Below, piece by piece: positions 40,666 through 50,180 of a stretch of 64,000 nt of DNA. Origin of the DNA: an uncultured Pelagibacteraceae bacterium (GTDB lineage: Bacteria; Pseudomonadota; Alphaproteobacteria; Pelagibacterales; AG-422-B15); the NCBI GenBank assembly GCA_902589175.1, contig CACIRX010000001.1:516-64515 (forward strand), written 5' to 3'. Position 1 is the first letter of the stretch. The number at the start of each line of letters is the position of its first letter. The position numbers and the translations under genes were made by a program. Below the pieces are notes generated by a model. The model saw only the letters and a program-made list of their open reading frames with translations. It was not told the DNA's origin and ran no database searches.

Positions 40666-40953
40666 ATGTACCAAAAAATTATGCTATTTATAGTTATATT
40701 TCTCGGAATTTTAATTTTAATTGGTACCACGATTGTTATTACTACTATTATTGAGCGATCATACAAGATTGATTTTTTTACTTCCACTGATAATTCTGAG
40801 AAGGATATAAATTTTGAAAAAAAATGTGATCTTGTGGGTGAAAAAACTAAAGTTATTTCTCTAAGTGAGGACAAATTAGCTATTATTTGTGAGGGTCGTA
40901 TTGAGGTAATGAATTTATCAAGTAATCAAATAGAAAAAGTAGTTAGCTACTAA
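40666..40953 (+). CDS. Membrane-anchored small protein, function unknown
   Basis: ORF 40609..40953. ATG 40666 (MYQKIMLFIVIFLGILILIGTTIVITTII) gives one N-terminal TM helix plus a soluble domain of about 60 aa. No family was recognised. Confidence 0.45.
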   Translation: MYQKIMLFIVIFLGILILIGTTIVITTIIERSYKIDFFTSTDNSEKDINFEKKCDLVGEKTKVISLSEDKLAIICEGRIEVMNLSSNQIEKVVSY

Positions 40954-42584
40954 CTTGCTCTATAAAAACTGGTCTCTACATTAGGTAAAGTTTCTTTTTT
41001 AAGGATGAGGTCAGATGCCTTTTCAGCGATCATTACAGTTGTTGCATTAAGATTTCCTGTAATGATATTTGGCATTATTGAAGCATCTACAACTCTTAAA
41101 TTTTCAATACCATAAACTTTGAGCTCTTCATCAACAACAGATAACTCATCTTTTCCCATTTTGCATGTACAAGAAGGATGATAAGCAGTATCACCTTTAT
41201 TTTTAATAAATTCATTTAAATCACTCTCAGATCTTGAATTTATTCCAGGATTAATTTCTTTTCCTCGATATTTATCAAAAGCTTTTTGATGAAAAATTTC
41301 CCGTGCAATTTTAATGCCATCTCTCATTTCTTTTAAATCATGCTCTGTCTGCATATAGTTAAACTGAATAGCGGGTGAAGCTGAGGGATTGCTTGACTTT
41401 AATTTGACATATCCTCTACTTGTTGGCCTCATTGGTCCTACATGCGCTTGAAAAGAATGAGAGCTTGGAGATTGTCTTCCATGATCCAATACAAGCGATG
41501 GAAAGAAGTGATACTGAATATTAGGGTAATCAACCATATCATTACTTCTCACGAAGCCACCAGTTTCTAAGTTTGAATATGCTGCCACTCCAGATTTAAA
41601 AATAAACCACTCTATTCCTATGAATGCCATTCTTATCGGATTATATGAAGTGTAAAGTGTAACAGGCTTTGTACATTCATATTGTAAATAAGTCTCAAGA
41701 TGATCCTGTAAATTTTCACCTACACCTCTCAGGTCATGTTGAACAGATATATCTAATTTTTTTAGTTCTTCAGCATTTCCTATACCCGAAAGCATTAGAA
41801 GTTGAGGTGAATTTATTGCTCCAGCTGATAATATCACTTCATTTTCAGCATGTATTTTTTTTATCTCTCTTCCTGTAGTACATTCAACCCCAACAGCTTT
41901 ATTATTTTCAATAATAACTTTGTTTACTATTGTATTTGTAATGACGGTAAGATTTCTTCTATTAATAACTGGATGCAAGTAAGTTACACTCGTACTCTGT
42001 CTTCTGCCTCCATATATAGTGGTATCCATTAGACCAAATCCCTCTTGCTTATATCCATTCATGTCATTATTTATCTCATAGCCGGCTTGTTCTGCCGCCT
42101 CTAGGTAGACCTTACTCAATTCATTGCCTTCCGAAGATCGAGATAGTTTTAAAGGACCGCTTTTATTCCTATAAGTTTCATCTAATCCTTCAATTGACTC
42201 TGATTTTTTAAAATACGGAAGAACATTATTATAATTCCATGACTTAAGATCTTTTTGAGCCCAGTTTTCAAAATCCATTGGATTTCCTCTTACATGAACC
42301 ATACCGTTGTGTGATGAACTTCCTCCCAACATCTTTCCTCTTGGGCAAAACATTTTTCTATTGTTCATGAACGGTTCAGGCTCAGTTTCGTATAAATAAT
42401 TATATTTTGGGTCATGCATTGTGTATAATAAAGCTGCTGGCATTGAGGTTTTCCATGTTTTATCCGATGGACCTGACTCTATTAACAATACATTTATCTC
42501 TGGATCAGCTGAAAGTCTATTTGCCAGAACACAACCCGCACTTCCGGCACCAATAATAATATAATTATAAGAATTAAATTGCAT
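40950..42584 (-). CDS. betA: GMC-family oxidoreductase, choline dehydrogenase-like
   Basis: Contains YIIIGAGSAGCVLANRLS, GKMLGGSSSHNGM and the C-terminal YHPSCTCKMG. It lies in a betaine-metabolism context. Confidence 0.85.
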   Translation of the reverse strand: MQFNSYNYIIIGAGSAGCVLANRLSADPEINVLLIESGPSDKTWKTSMPAALLYTMHDPKYNYLYETEPEPFMNNRKMFCPRGKMLGGSSSHNGMVHVRGNPMDFENWAQKDLKSWNYNNVLPYFKKSESIEGLDETYRNKSGPLKLSRSSEGNELSKVYLEAAEQAGYEINNDMNGYKQEGFGLMDTTIYGGRRQSTSVTYLHPVINRRNLTVITNTIVNKVIIENNKAVGVECTTGREIKKIHAENEVILSAGAINSPQLLMLSGIGNAEELKKLDISVQHDLRGVGENLQDHLETYLQYECTKPVTLYTSYNPIRMAFIGIEWFIFKSGVAAYSNLETGGFVRSNDMVDYPNIQYHFFPSLVLDHGRQSPSSHSFQAHVGPMRPTSRGYVKLKSSNPSASPAIQFNYMQTEHDLKEMRDGIKIAREIFHQKAFDKYRGKEINPGINSRSESDLNEFIKNKGDTAYHPSCTCKMGKDELSVVDEELKVYGIENLRVVDASIMPNIITGNLNATTVMIAEKASDLILKKETLPNVETSFYRAS

Positions 42585-42628
42585 AACTAATTTTACCAAA
42601 GTTTGTAATTATAGTACAACATAAGCTT

Positions 42629-43507
42629 ATGTTAAAAAATTTAAACCCCAATTATGCAATTGTACTTTCAACATTATTGTGGGGTACGTGGTGGTATCCA
42701 TTAAGGCTACTTAATGAATATGCGTATAATAATGCAATTCCGCTCACTTTAAGTTTCACTATTGCTGGGTTATTTTTATTATTTTTTTCATACAAAAATA
42801 TATCAAAATTAACTAATCGAAATTTAATTCTTACAATAGTCGCAGCTTCAGCAGGAGCGGCTGCAATGTGTCTTTATAATGAAGGTTTAATTAGAGGTAA
42901 TGTTGCAAGAGTATTAATCTTTTTTTATTTAACAGCTGTATGGAGCACTTTAATTGAAATTATTTTTCTAAGAGCGGCCTTAAACATTTATAGGTTTTTT
43001 TCAATTTCTTCAGGTTTTATAGGTCTGTTTATTATAACTGGGTTGGATCAAGGAAATTTTATGCCTAGCACACTTGCAGATCTGTTTGGAATTCTCTCAG
43101 GATTTCTCTGGTCAATCTGTGCAACACTCATAAGAATAAATGAGGAACTTGATGTAAATTTCGGTACTTCAGTTTTTATTTTAATTGGGGGTCTTTTTGT
43201 TGTTATTGCAACATTCTTACCGGATGGGCAAATACTTTCAGGATTTAACTATGATATTTTAAAGAATACTATTTTGATAATTTTAATATTCGCATTTATC
43301 TGGTTATTGCCAGGTTACTGGCTTGTCACCTATGGTCAGGATCAAGTTGATCCAGGACGCGCGGGGATCCTATTAATGTTCGAAGTTGTTATTGGCGTTA
43401 TATCTGCCTATCTGCTTGCAAATGAAATAATCTCGATTAGAGAGTTTATTGGTGCAATATTCGTAATGAGCGCACCATTAATCGAGATCTATTCAGTAAA
43501 AAAATAA
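42629..43507 (+). CDS. DMT-superfamily (EamA-like) transporter
   Basis: About ten hydrophobic segments over 292 aa, the size of a duplicated EamA protein. The substrate is unknown. Confidence 0.65.
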   Translation: MLKNLNPNYAIVLSTLLWGTWWYPLRLLNEYAYNNAIPLTLSFTIAGLFLLFFSYKNISKLTNRNLILTIVAASAGAAAMCLYNEGLIRGNVARVLIFFYLTAVWSTLIEIIFLRAALNIYRFFSISSGFIGLFIITGLDQGNFMPSTLADLFGILSGFLWSICATLIRINEELDVNFGTSVFILIGGLFVVIATFLPDGQILSGFNYDILKNTILIILIFAFIWLLPGYWLVTYGQDQVDPGRAGILLMFEVVIGVISAYLLANEIISIREFIGAIFVMSAPLIEIYSVKK

Positions 43508-43622
43508 TTAAATCAGACATTTATCTAATTAATTATGTAACATAATTTAATTTTTTTTTATGTGGAAGCACTTGCATATATATGTTTCAATTATAATGAA
43601 AGATATAAATTAGGAGATTAAA

Positions 43623-44639
43623 ATGAATAAATTTTTTAAAAAATCTGCAATTGGAATATTTTTAGCAGGTTTTGCAGTTATTTTTGCAGTTAGTTGCGAC
43701 AGGAATCAGGAAGTAGCTGATTGTGGCACAATTACTGTCGCAGAAATGAATTGGGCATCAGCTGAAATGTTTGCTCATGTAGATAAAATAGTATTAGAAA
43801 ATGGGTATGGTTGTAATGTTGAACTTGTACCCGGCGATACTATGCCAACAGCAACATCAATGATGGAAAAAGGTGAGCCGGATGTAGCTCCTGAACTCTG
43901 GATTAATTCAGTTCGTATAGCTCTAGATAATGCAGTAGGTGAGGGTCGTTTGCATTATGCAGCTGAGGTACTGTCTGACACTGGTGAAGAAGGGTGGTGG
44001 ATTCCTCAGTACATGGCTGATGCAAATCCTGATATCCAAACGGTTTATGACGTTATAGAGCGCCCTGAACTTTTCCCTCATCCGGAAGGTGGAGATGGAG
44101 CAATTTATACATGTCCATCAGGCTGGAACTGTCAAATTAGTACCGGAAATCTCTTTAAAGCTTATGATATGGAAGCAAAAGGATGGAGACTAGTTGATCC
44201 TGGATCAGGTGGTGCATTAGCTGGTGCTATCGGTGAAGCATATAATAAAGAAGAGGGATGGCTAGGATACTATTGGGCTCCTACAGCAGTTCTTGGCAAA
44301 TATCCACTTAAGAAACTAAGCTTTGGTGTTGAACACAGTAAAGAAGAGTGGGACACTTGTACTTCTCAAGACGGATGTGCAGATCCAAAACCTAACGCAT
44401 GGGTTGTTTCTGAAGTATACACTGTTGTAACTGATAACTTTAAAAATAGTTCTGATCTTGGAATGGAATACATTTCAAAGAGAGCACTTCCAAACAGCAC
44501 TGTTAATGCTTTATTAGCTTGGAAAGATGACAATCAAGCATCTGGCGAAGACACAGCTATACATTTTCTGAAAAACTATACAGAATGGCACAGCTGGGTT
44601 GACGGTAATGCGAAAGCTAAAATTGAAGCAGCGTTATAA
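43623..44639 (+). CDS. proX: Glycine betaine/quaternary-amine ABC transporter substrate-binding protein (OpuAC/ProX family)
   Basis: Has a lipoprotein-type signal (FAVSC). Aromatic-rich blocks (MNWASAEM, GWWIPQYM, LGYYWAP) are typical of betaine-binding boxes. An AGGAG Shine-Dalgarno precedes it, and proW-proV follow. Confidence 0.8.
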   Translation: MNKFFKKSAIGIFLAGFAVIFAVSCDRNQEVADCGTITVAEMNWASAEMFAHVDKIVLENGYGCNVELVPGDTMPTATSMMEKGEPDVAPELWINSVRIALDNAVGEGRLHYAAEVLSDTGEEGWWIPQYMADANPDIQTVYDVIERPELFPHPEGGDGAIYTCPSGWNCQISTGNLFKAYDMEAKGWRLVDPGSGGALAGAIGEAYNKEEGWLGYYWAPTAVLGKYPLKKLSFGVEHSKEEWDTCTSQDGCADPKPNAWVVSEVYTVVTDNFKNSSDLGMEYISKRALPNSTVNALLAWKDDNQASGEDTAIHFLKNYTEWHSWVDGNAKAKIEAAL

Positions 44640-44655
44640 TTAAAAAAATAATATT

Positions 44656-44679
44656 GCGGACTATAGAAATATAGTCCGC
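44656..44679 (+). promoter_or_regulatory. Strong intercistronic stem-loop between proX and proW
   Basis: A perfect 10-bp stem GCGGACTATA / TATAGTCCGC closed by a GAAA tetraloop. There is no T-run. The hairpin ends 8 nt before the proW ATG. Confidence 0.7.
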
Positions 44680-44687
44680 ATATCTAT

Positions 44688-45584
44688 ATGAACTTTACCG
44701 AATTTTTTATTTCATTTCCTGAAATGAGTAAGGAGAGTCTTCGCCTATTTAAGAAGTCTCTTGATGGCGCTTACCGAAACTTTTCACGTGAATATGGCGA
44801 TACAATTGAAGCGGTTTTTGATCCAGTGCTTTATTTCTTAGTATGGTTTGAAAAAATACTACAAAATTCTCCATGGCCTGTCGTAATAATCGTTTTCTTA
44901 TTATTGATTTATTATGGAAGTAGAAGCATCGCTCTAACTATTTCATCTTTAATTGCTTTTTTATTAATTGGATATTTTGGAATGTGGGATGATACGATGT
45001 CCACAGTCAGTATTATTGGTGTTTGCACACTAATGTCTATCGGCCTAGGTATACCAATTGGCATATTAATGTCAGGATCTGATAGGGCGAGAGCCGCAAT
45101 TACTCCAATTTTAGATATTATGCAAACGATGCCAAGTTTTGTGTATCTCATTCCAGTTGTTATGTTATTGGGTATTGGTAAAATTCCTGGTTTACTTGCA
45201 GTTATAATCTATGCAATCCCGCCAATAATTCGACTTACTGATCTTGGTATTAGAGAAGTTAATAAAGAAGTTTTAGAAGCCGCAGATGCATTTGGTGCAA
45301 ATAGAACTCAAAAATTATTTAGAGTACAGCTTCCATTAGCTTTACCAACAATTTTCGCTGGTATTAATCAAACAATAATGATGGCACTTGCAATGGTAGT
45401 TATTGCTTCAATGATTGGGGTTAAGGGATTGGGGCAACCAGTCTTAAAAGCCATCACCAATCAATATTTTACAATGGGCCTTCTCAATGGTTTGGCTATT
45501 GTAGCTTTGGCGATCATATTTGACAGGGTTTCTCAGTCATTTGGCAAAAGAATGCAGCAATATAGGGCTGGCGCAAATGAGTGA
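44688..45584 (+). CDS. proW: Glycine betaine ABC transporter permease
   Basis: Has a BPD-transport inner-membrane component pattern, including the EAADAFGANRTQKLFRVQLPLALP (EAA loop). Confidence 0.88.
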   Translation: MNFTEFFISFPEMSKESLRLFKKSLDGAYRNFSREYGDTIEAVFDPVLYFLVWFEKILQNSPWPVVIIVFLLLIYYGSRSIALTISSLIAFLLIGYFGMWDDTMSTVSIIGVCTLMSIGLGIPIGILMSGSDRARAAITPILDIMQTMPSFVYLIPVVMLLGIGKIPGLLAVIIYAIPPIIRLTDLGIREVNKEVLEAADAFGANRTQKLFRVQLPLALPTIFAGINQTIMMALAMVVIASMIGVKGLGQPVLKAITNQYFTMGLLNGLAIVALAIIFDRVSQSFGKRMQQYRAGANE

Positions 45585-46602
45585 GATAAAGATTAAGATA
45601 GAAAATTTGTATAAAATTTTTGGATCAAGACCAAGAGAGTACACAGACATAGTTAGAGATGGTGTTGATAAAGACGAGTTATTATCAAAATATAATCATG
45701 TTCTTGGGTTGGATAATATTTCTCTAGATATCAAGGAGCATTCAATACAAGTTGTAATGGGATTATCAGGGTCAGGAAAATCTACTTTGATAAGACACAT
45801 TAATAGATTGATTGAGCCAACCGAGGGAACGGTCACAGTTGATGGAGAGGATATTACTAAACTTAATAAAATGGATCTTCTAGAGTTTAGAAGAAATAAA
45901 ACAGGGATGGTTTTTCAACGCTTTGCACTATTTCCTCATCAAAATATATTAGACAATGTCCAGTTTGGATTGAGCATAAAAAATCTAGATAAGTCAGACT
46001 CTATAGAAAGAGCAATGTACTGGATCGAAAAAGTTGGTTTAACCGGTTTTGAAAATAAATTCCCAAATCAATTGTCAGGAGGAATGCAGCAAAGAGTAGG
46101 TTTAGCTAGGGCGTTAGCTACTGATCCAGATATATTGCTAATGGACGAAGCCTTTAGTGCGCTTGATCCATTAATAAGAACTGATATGCAGGACCAATTA
46201 CTGGACTTACAAAAGAATTTAAATAAAACAATTATGTTCATAACTCATGACCTCGATGAGGCACTAAAATTAGGCGACCGAATAGCTATACTCAATGGCG
46301 GAAAACTTGTTCAAGATGGAAATGCAGAGGAAATTCTTTTAAAACCCGCTGATCAATATGTGGCAAATTTTGTTAAGGATGTTAATCGTATAAAGGTTTT
46401 AAAAATCAAGACAATTCTTGACCAAGGAGGTGAACGAGCAAATTCTAATCCAACTGTAAACGTAAATGATAGTATTGAAAATTGCTTGCCGGCAATACTT
46501 GAAAGTCAATCCGGTCTTAACGTAATTGATGAGAAAAACAATTTTGTTGGCTCAGTATCAAAAAACAAAATTATAGATATTTTGCAAAAATCTAAGGATT
46601 AA
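45577..46602 (+). CDS. proV: Glycine betaine ABC transporter ATP-binding protein (with C-terminal CBS-like region)
   Basis: Has Walker A GLSGSGKST, the signature LSGGMQQRVGLARAL and Walker B ILLMDEAFSALD. The start is at ATG 45577 (MSEIKIK), overlapping proW by 8 nt. Confidence 0.9.
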   Translation: MSEIKIKIENLYKIFGSRPREYTDIVRDGVDKDELLSKYNHVLGLDNISLDIKEHSIQVVMGLSGSGKSTLIRHINRLIEPTEGTVTVDGEDITKLNKMDLLEFRRNKTGMVFQRFALFPHQNILDNVQFGLSIKNLDKSDSIERAMYWIEKVGLTGFENKFPNQLSGGMQQRVGLARALATDPDILLMDEAFSALDPLIRTDMQDQLLDLQKNLNKTIMFITHDLDEALKLGDRIAILNGGKLVQDGNAEEILLKPADQYVANFVKDVNRIKVLKIKTILDQGGERANSNPTVNVNDSIENCLPAILESQSGLNVIDEKNNFVGSVSKNKIIDILQKSKD

Positions 46603-46617
46603 TTCTACTAAATTTTT

Positions 46618-49026
46618 TTATTGCCTTAAATTTTTACCGGTTTGGTCATAACAAGCATTATCAACAATTGAGGCATTATAAAACTCTCCATTTATTTCAA
46701 CTTGCAAAACTTCTTTGGATTTTAATAAATCATTGTTCAAGTATGCAAAAGCAATACTTTTTTGCACATAGTGGCCGAAGCCTCCAGATGTTACATATCC
46801 GATACATACTTCATTCTGCATAACAGCTTCATTGCTAGTCACATCTATGTTGTCAGTTTCAATTACCAAGGAAAATAATCTGTGATTGCTATCATCTTTA
46901 ACTGCAGCGTCTTTACCAATAAAATCTTTATCCCAATTTATAAATGCAGAAAGGCCAGTTTCTTTTGGAGTATAGTCAGGTCTAAAATCTAGTGTCCATG
47001 CGCCCCAATTTTTTTCTAGTCTCATAGACATCAAAGCTCTTCCGCCAAAAGGTTTAATGTTGAATTCTTCTCCTGCATCCTCAATAGCCTCATACAGCTT
47101 GATTTGATAGTGTGGAGCTACATATATTTCATATCCCAATTCTCCAGTAAATGACAACCGGTTGACTAATGCAGGAACACCAGCAACAAACATTTGTCTA
47201 GAATCTCTAAATTTAAATGACTCATTAGAAACATCTTCTCTTACCAATAATTGCAGTAAATTTCTAGACTTTGGGCCAGAAATAGCAAGGCCGTGATAAT
47301 CATCAGATCTGTTTTTATAAATGACCTCATATTGATCTAGATGTTGTTCAAACCATCGTCGATGCATTTCCTGAGCGGCACCAGATCCATAAACCATAAA
47401 ATGATTTTCACTAATACACGAAACTGTAAGGTCCCCATATAATTTACCTTTTTTAGATAGCATTGGACTTAGTGCTATGCGTCCAACTTTAGGTATTCTA
47501 CCTGCCAAAATATAATCCAAAAATTTTCTTGAGTCTTTTCCCTTAAATTCATGTTTAGAAAAATTAGCAATCTCTGTTACTCCAACGTTTTCTCTTACAT
47601 TTTTTACTTCATTTGAAACATAGTTATGGGATCGAGAGCGCTTGATAGTTGGTTCTTCGTAAGCATCATCAGGATTATCAGCAAACCATAGAACATTTTC
47701 GAGTCCAAAGCTGTCACCCATAACTGCTCCCATGTTAACGAAGCGATCATATAAAGCTGTAGTTTTTTGTTTCCTTCCTTTTGGCAAAGTCTCATTTGGA
47801 AATGTCATAATAAATCTTCGTTCATAATTTTCAGATGATTTAATTGTTCCATAATGTGGAGATGCATAATCACCAAACCGTGCGACATCCATCGCCCAAA
47901 CATCTATGGAAGGTTCACCATCAATAATCCATTCTGCAATACATTTGCCAACACCTCCTCCTTGACAGAACCCGGCCATAACACCGACTGCTACCCAATA
48001 ATTTCTCATGCCTGGAACTGGTCCAATGAGAGGATTTCCATCAGGACCAAATGTAAAAGGGCCGTTAACAATATTTTTAATTCCTGCTTTTTCCAAAGCT
48101 GGCATTCTCTCAAAACCAATGACTAATCGATCTTGAATATTTTCTAATTTTGGTTCCAACAGTTCTTGTCCAAAATCTAATGGGGTTCCCTGAACTTTCC
48201 AAGGAGTAGACTTATGTTCATATGTGCCAAGCAACATGCCTTGTCCTTCTTGTCTAAAATAGATATTACCATCAAAATCAGTTCCAACTGGTAGCCTTGT
48301 TCCCTTAGGCATCGCTGCTATTTCTGGAATTGTATCAGTGATTAAATAATGATGCTCCATTGGCTGTACAGGCAAATTTAATCCAGCAAGTTTACTGACC
48401 TCTCTTGCCCAAAGTCCTGCAGCATTAATTACAATTTCTGTATGAATATTGCCCTTATCAGTAAACACATCCCAGGTTCCATCTTCTCTTTGCTTAGTGT
48501 CTTTAACCTCAGTATTTGTGTAATAGTTAGCGCCATGAACTTTTGCAGATTTTGCAAATGCATATGTGACACCTGATGGATCTACTTCTCCATCGATCGG
48601 ATCCCACAAAGCTGAAATATATTTATTGGGATCGATAAGAGGATTTTTTTTTGCAACCTCCTCTAATGAGATAAACTCTTGATCAAGACCCATATATCTG
48701 GCTTTTGTTCTTTCTCTTTTAAGATAATCAGACCAAACTTCATTAGAGGCTAAATAAAACCCTCCACTTGGTTTAAAGCCAACTGAATGACCTGAAGTCT
48801 CTTCAATTTCCTTGTACAAGTTTATTGTATATGCCATCAGTCTGGATATGTTTGGATCTGAAGAAATGACATGAACGTTTCCTGCGGCATGCCATGAGGA
48901 TCCTGCTGTTAATTCTTTTCGCTCAAGGAGAACGCAGTCCTTCACCCCAAACTTTGCTAAATGGAAAAGAATAGAGCAACCTACAACTCCCCCACCAATA
49001 ACAACAACTTTAGCATGAGTTTGCAT
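46618..49026 (-). CDS. Dimethylglycine/sarcosine dehydrogenase family (FAD DAO domain + GcvT-type folate domain)
   Basis: Has VVVIGGGVVGCS at the N-terminus and an aminomethyltransferase-like C-terminal half (RLSFTGELGYEIY) over 802 aa. Confidence 0.85.
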   Translation of the reverse strand: MQTHAKVVVIGGGVVGCSILFHLAKFGVKDCVLLERKELTAGSSWHAAGNVHVISSDPNISRLMAYTINLYKEIEETSGHSVGFKPSGGFYLASNEVWSDYLKRERTKARYMGLDQEFISLEEVAKKNPLIDPNKYISALWDPIDGEVDPSGVTYAFAKSAKVHGANYYTNTEVKDTKQREDGTWDVFTDKGNIHTEIVINAAGLWAREVSKLAGLNLPVQPMEHHYLITDTIPEIAAMPKGTRLPVGTDFDGNIYFRQEGQGMLLGTYEHKSTPWKVQGTPLDFGQELLEPKLENIQDRLVIGFERMPALEKAGIKNIVNGPFTFGPDGNPLIGPVPGMRNYWVAVGVMAGFCQGGGVGKCIAEWIIDGEPSIDVWAMDVARFGDYASPHYGTIKSSENYERRFIMTFPNETLPKGRKQKTTALYDRFVNMGAVMGDSFGLENVLWFADNPDDAYEEPTIKRSRSHNYVSNEVKNVRENVGVTEIANFSKHEFKGKDSRKFLDYILAGRIPKVGRIALSPMLSKKGKLYGDLTVSCISENHFMVYGSGAAQEMHRRWFEQHLDQYEVIYKNRSDDYHGLAISGPKSRNLLQLLVREDVSNESFKFRDSRQMFVAGVPALVNRLSFTGELGYEIYVAPHYQIKLYEAIEDAGEEFNIKPFGGRALMSMRLEKNWGAWTLDFRPDYTPKETGLSAFINWDKDFIGKDAAVKDDSNHRLFSLVIETDNIDVTSNEAVMQNEVCIGYVTSGGFGHYVQKSIAFAYLNNDLLKSKEVLQVEINGEFYNASIVDNACYDQTGKNLRQ

Positions 49027-49028
49027 TC

Positions 49029-50069
49029 TTAAGGTGTGAATTCTTTATTTACCTGCTTAAGAGTTTCGTCTGTTCCATGGTGAAAATGTTTTCTCATGTC
49101 CGGCATATATTTCATCGAAATTGGTTTTTTACCAACTGCAACTGACATTTCTCTCACGTGATGTGCTTCGGCGCCACAACAAATTCCAATAAAGTTGATA
49201 TTTTTTTCCATACAGTCTGCAGCAAATTTAGCCATTTCAAAACGATTACAAAAAAGATTATCCAAGGCTACAGGAAATGCATTATTTCCAGGAATACAAT
49301 CACATCCATCATCAGAAATATTTAAAAAACCAGGTTCCTTTTCTGTTGTTCGATAAGGCACTGGCAATCCAGCAACATGGCAAGATACTTTATCTCTTAC
49401 TTTTTCTAGAAGTTTCATAGTCATATCTGGCCCTCTATAACAGTTTAAACCAACGACATTTGCACCCAAGTCTTCCATCATTTTACATGCATCTTCAGGT
49501 GTATGTCCTTCTCTTGTCTTATCTCCCCTGGGTATCGCAAAATTTGTAACTGCAATCATGCCTTCATCTTTGATTGCTTTTAGAGCAATTTTCATTTCCT
49601 CAGTCCAATTAATTGTCTCAGCGACAATAAAATCAACTCCCGCTTCCTTTGCCCACGCCACTTGTTCCTCATACATTTTCTGACATTGAATAAGAGATTG
49701 TTTATCATTTGGATCATAAATATTTGTATTTGCTACATCTCCACAAACCATAAGATCTAAATCTTTATATTCATTAGCTGCATCTTTTGCAATTTGAAGA
49801 GCATTTTTCTGCAAAGACTCTAATAAATGTTCTTTCCCAATTATTCTTAATTTTTCTCTATGGCCATAATAAGTGAAAGCTTGGACAACATCAGATCCTG
49901 CTCTTATAAATTCTCTATGTAATTGAGTAACAACTTCTGGGTGCTCTAAAACAACTTCAGGAACAAATCCTCCTGCGGATAAGTAACCTCTTCGTTCCAT
50001 GGCGAATAAATAACCTTCAGCACAAATGATTGGTCCCTCATTTAATCTCGTTATCAGATCTTTTTTCAT
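49029..50069 (-). CDS. bhmt: Betaine-homocysteine S-methyltransferase (Hcy S-methyltransferase domain)
   Basis: Has a pterin-independent Hcy-binding barrel with Zn cysteines (GLNCYRGP, GICCGAEAHH). It lies next to a DMG dehydrogenase. Confidence 0.75.
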   Translation of the reverse strand: MKKDLITRLNEGPIICAEGYLFAMERRGYLSAGGFVPEVVLEHPEVVTQLHREFIRAGSDVVQAFTYYGHREKLRIIGKEHLLESLQKNALQIAKDAANEYKDLDLMVCGDVANTNIYDPNDKQSLIQCQKMYEEQVAWAKEAGVDFIVAETINWTEEMKIALKAIKDEGMIAVTNFAIPRGDKTREGHTPEDACKMMEDLGANVVGLNCYRGPDMTMKLLEKVRDKVSCHVAGLPVPYRTTEKEPGFLNISDDGCDCIPGNNAFPVALDNLFCNRFEMAKFAADCMEKNINFIGICCGAEAHHVREMSVAVGKKPISMKYMPDMRKHFHHGTDETLKQVNKEFTP

Positions 50070-50180
50070 GAATGCACTCCTAATTTATTCAAACAATAAA
50101 TAAAAAATTATACCTAATTTAATATTCTGTCGAATTAAAAAAATGACAAGGCTATTCTTTTTTGGAATGAATAAGCATTT

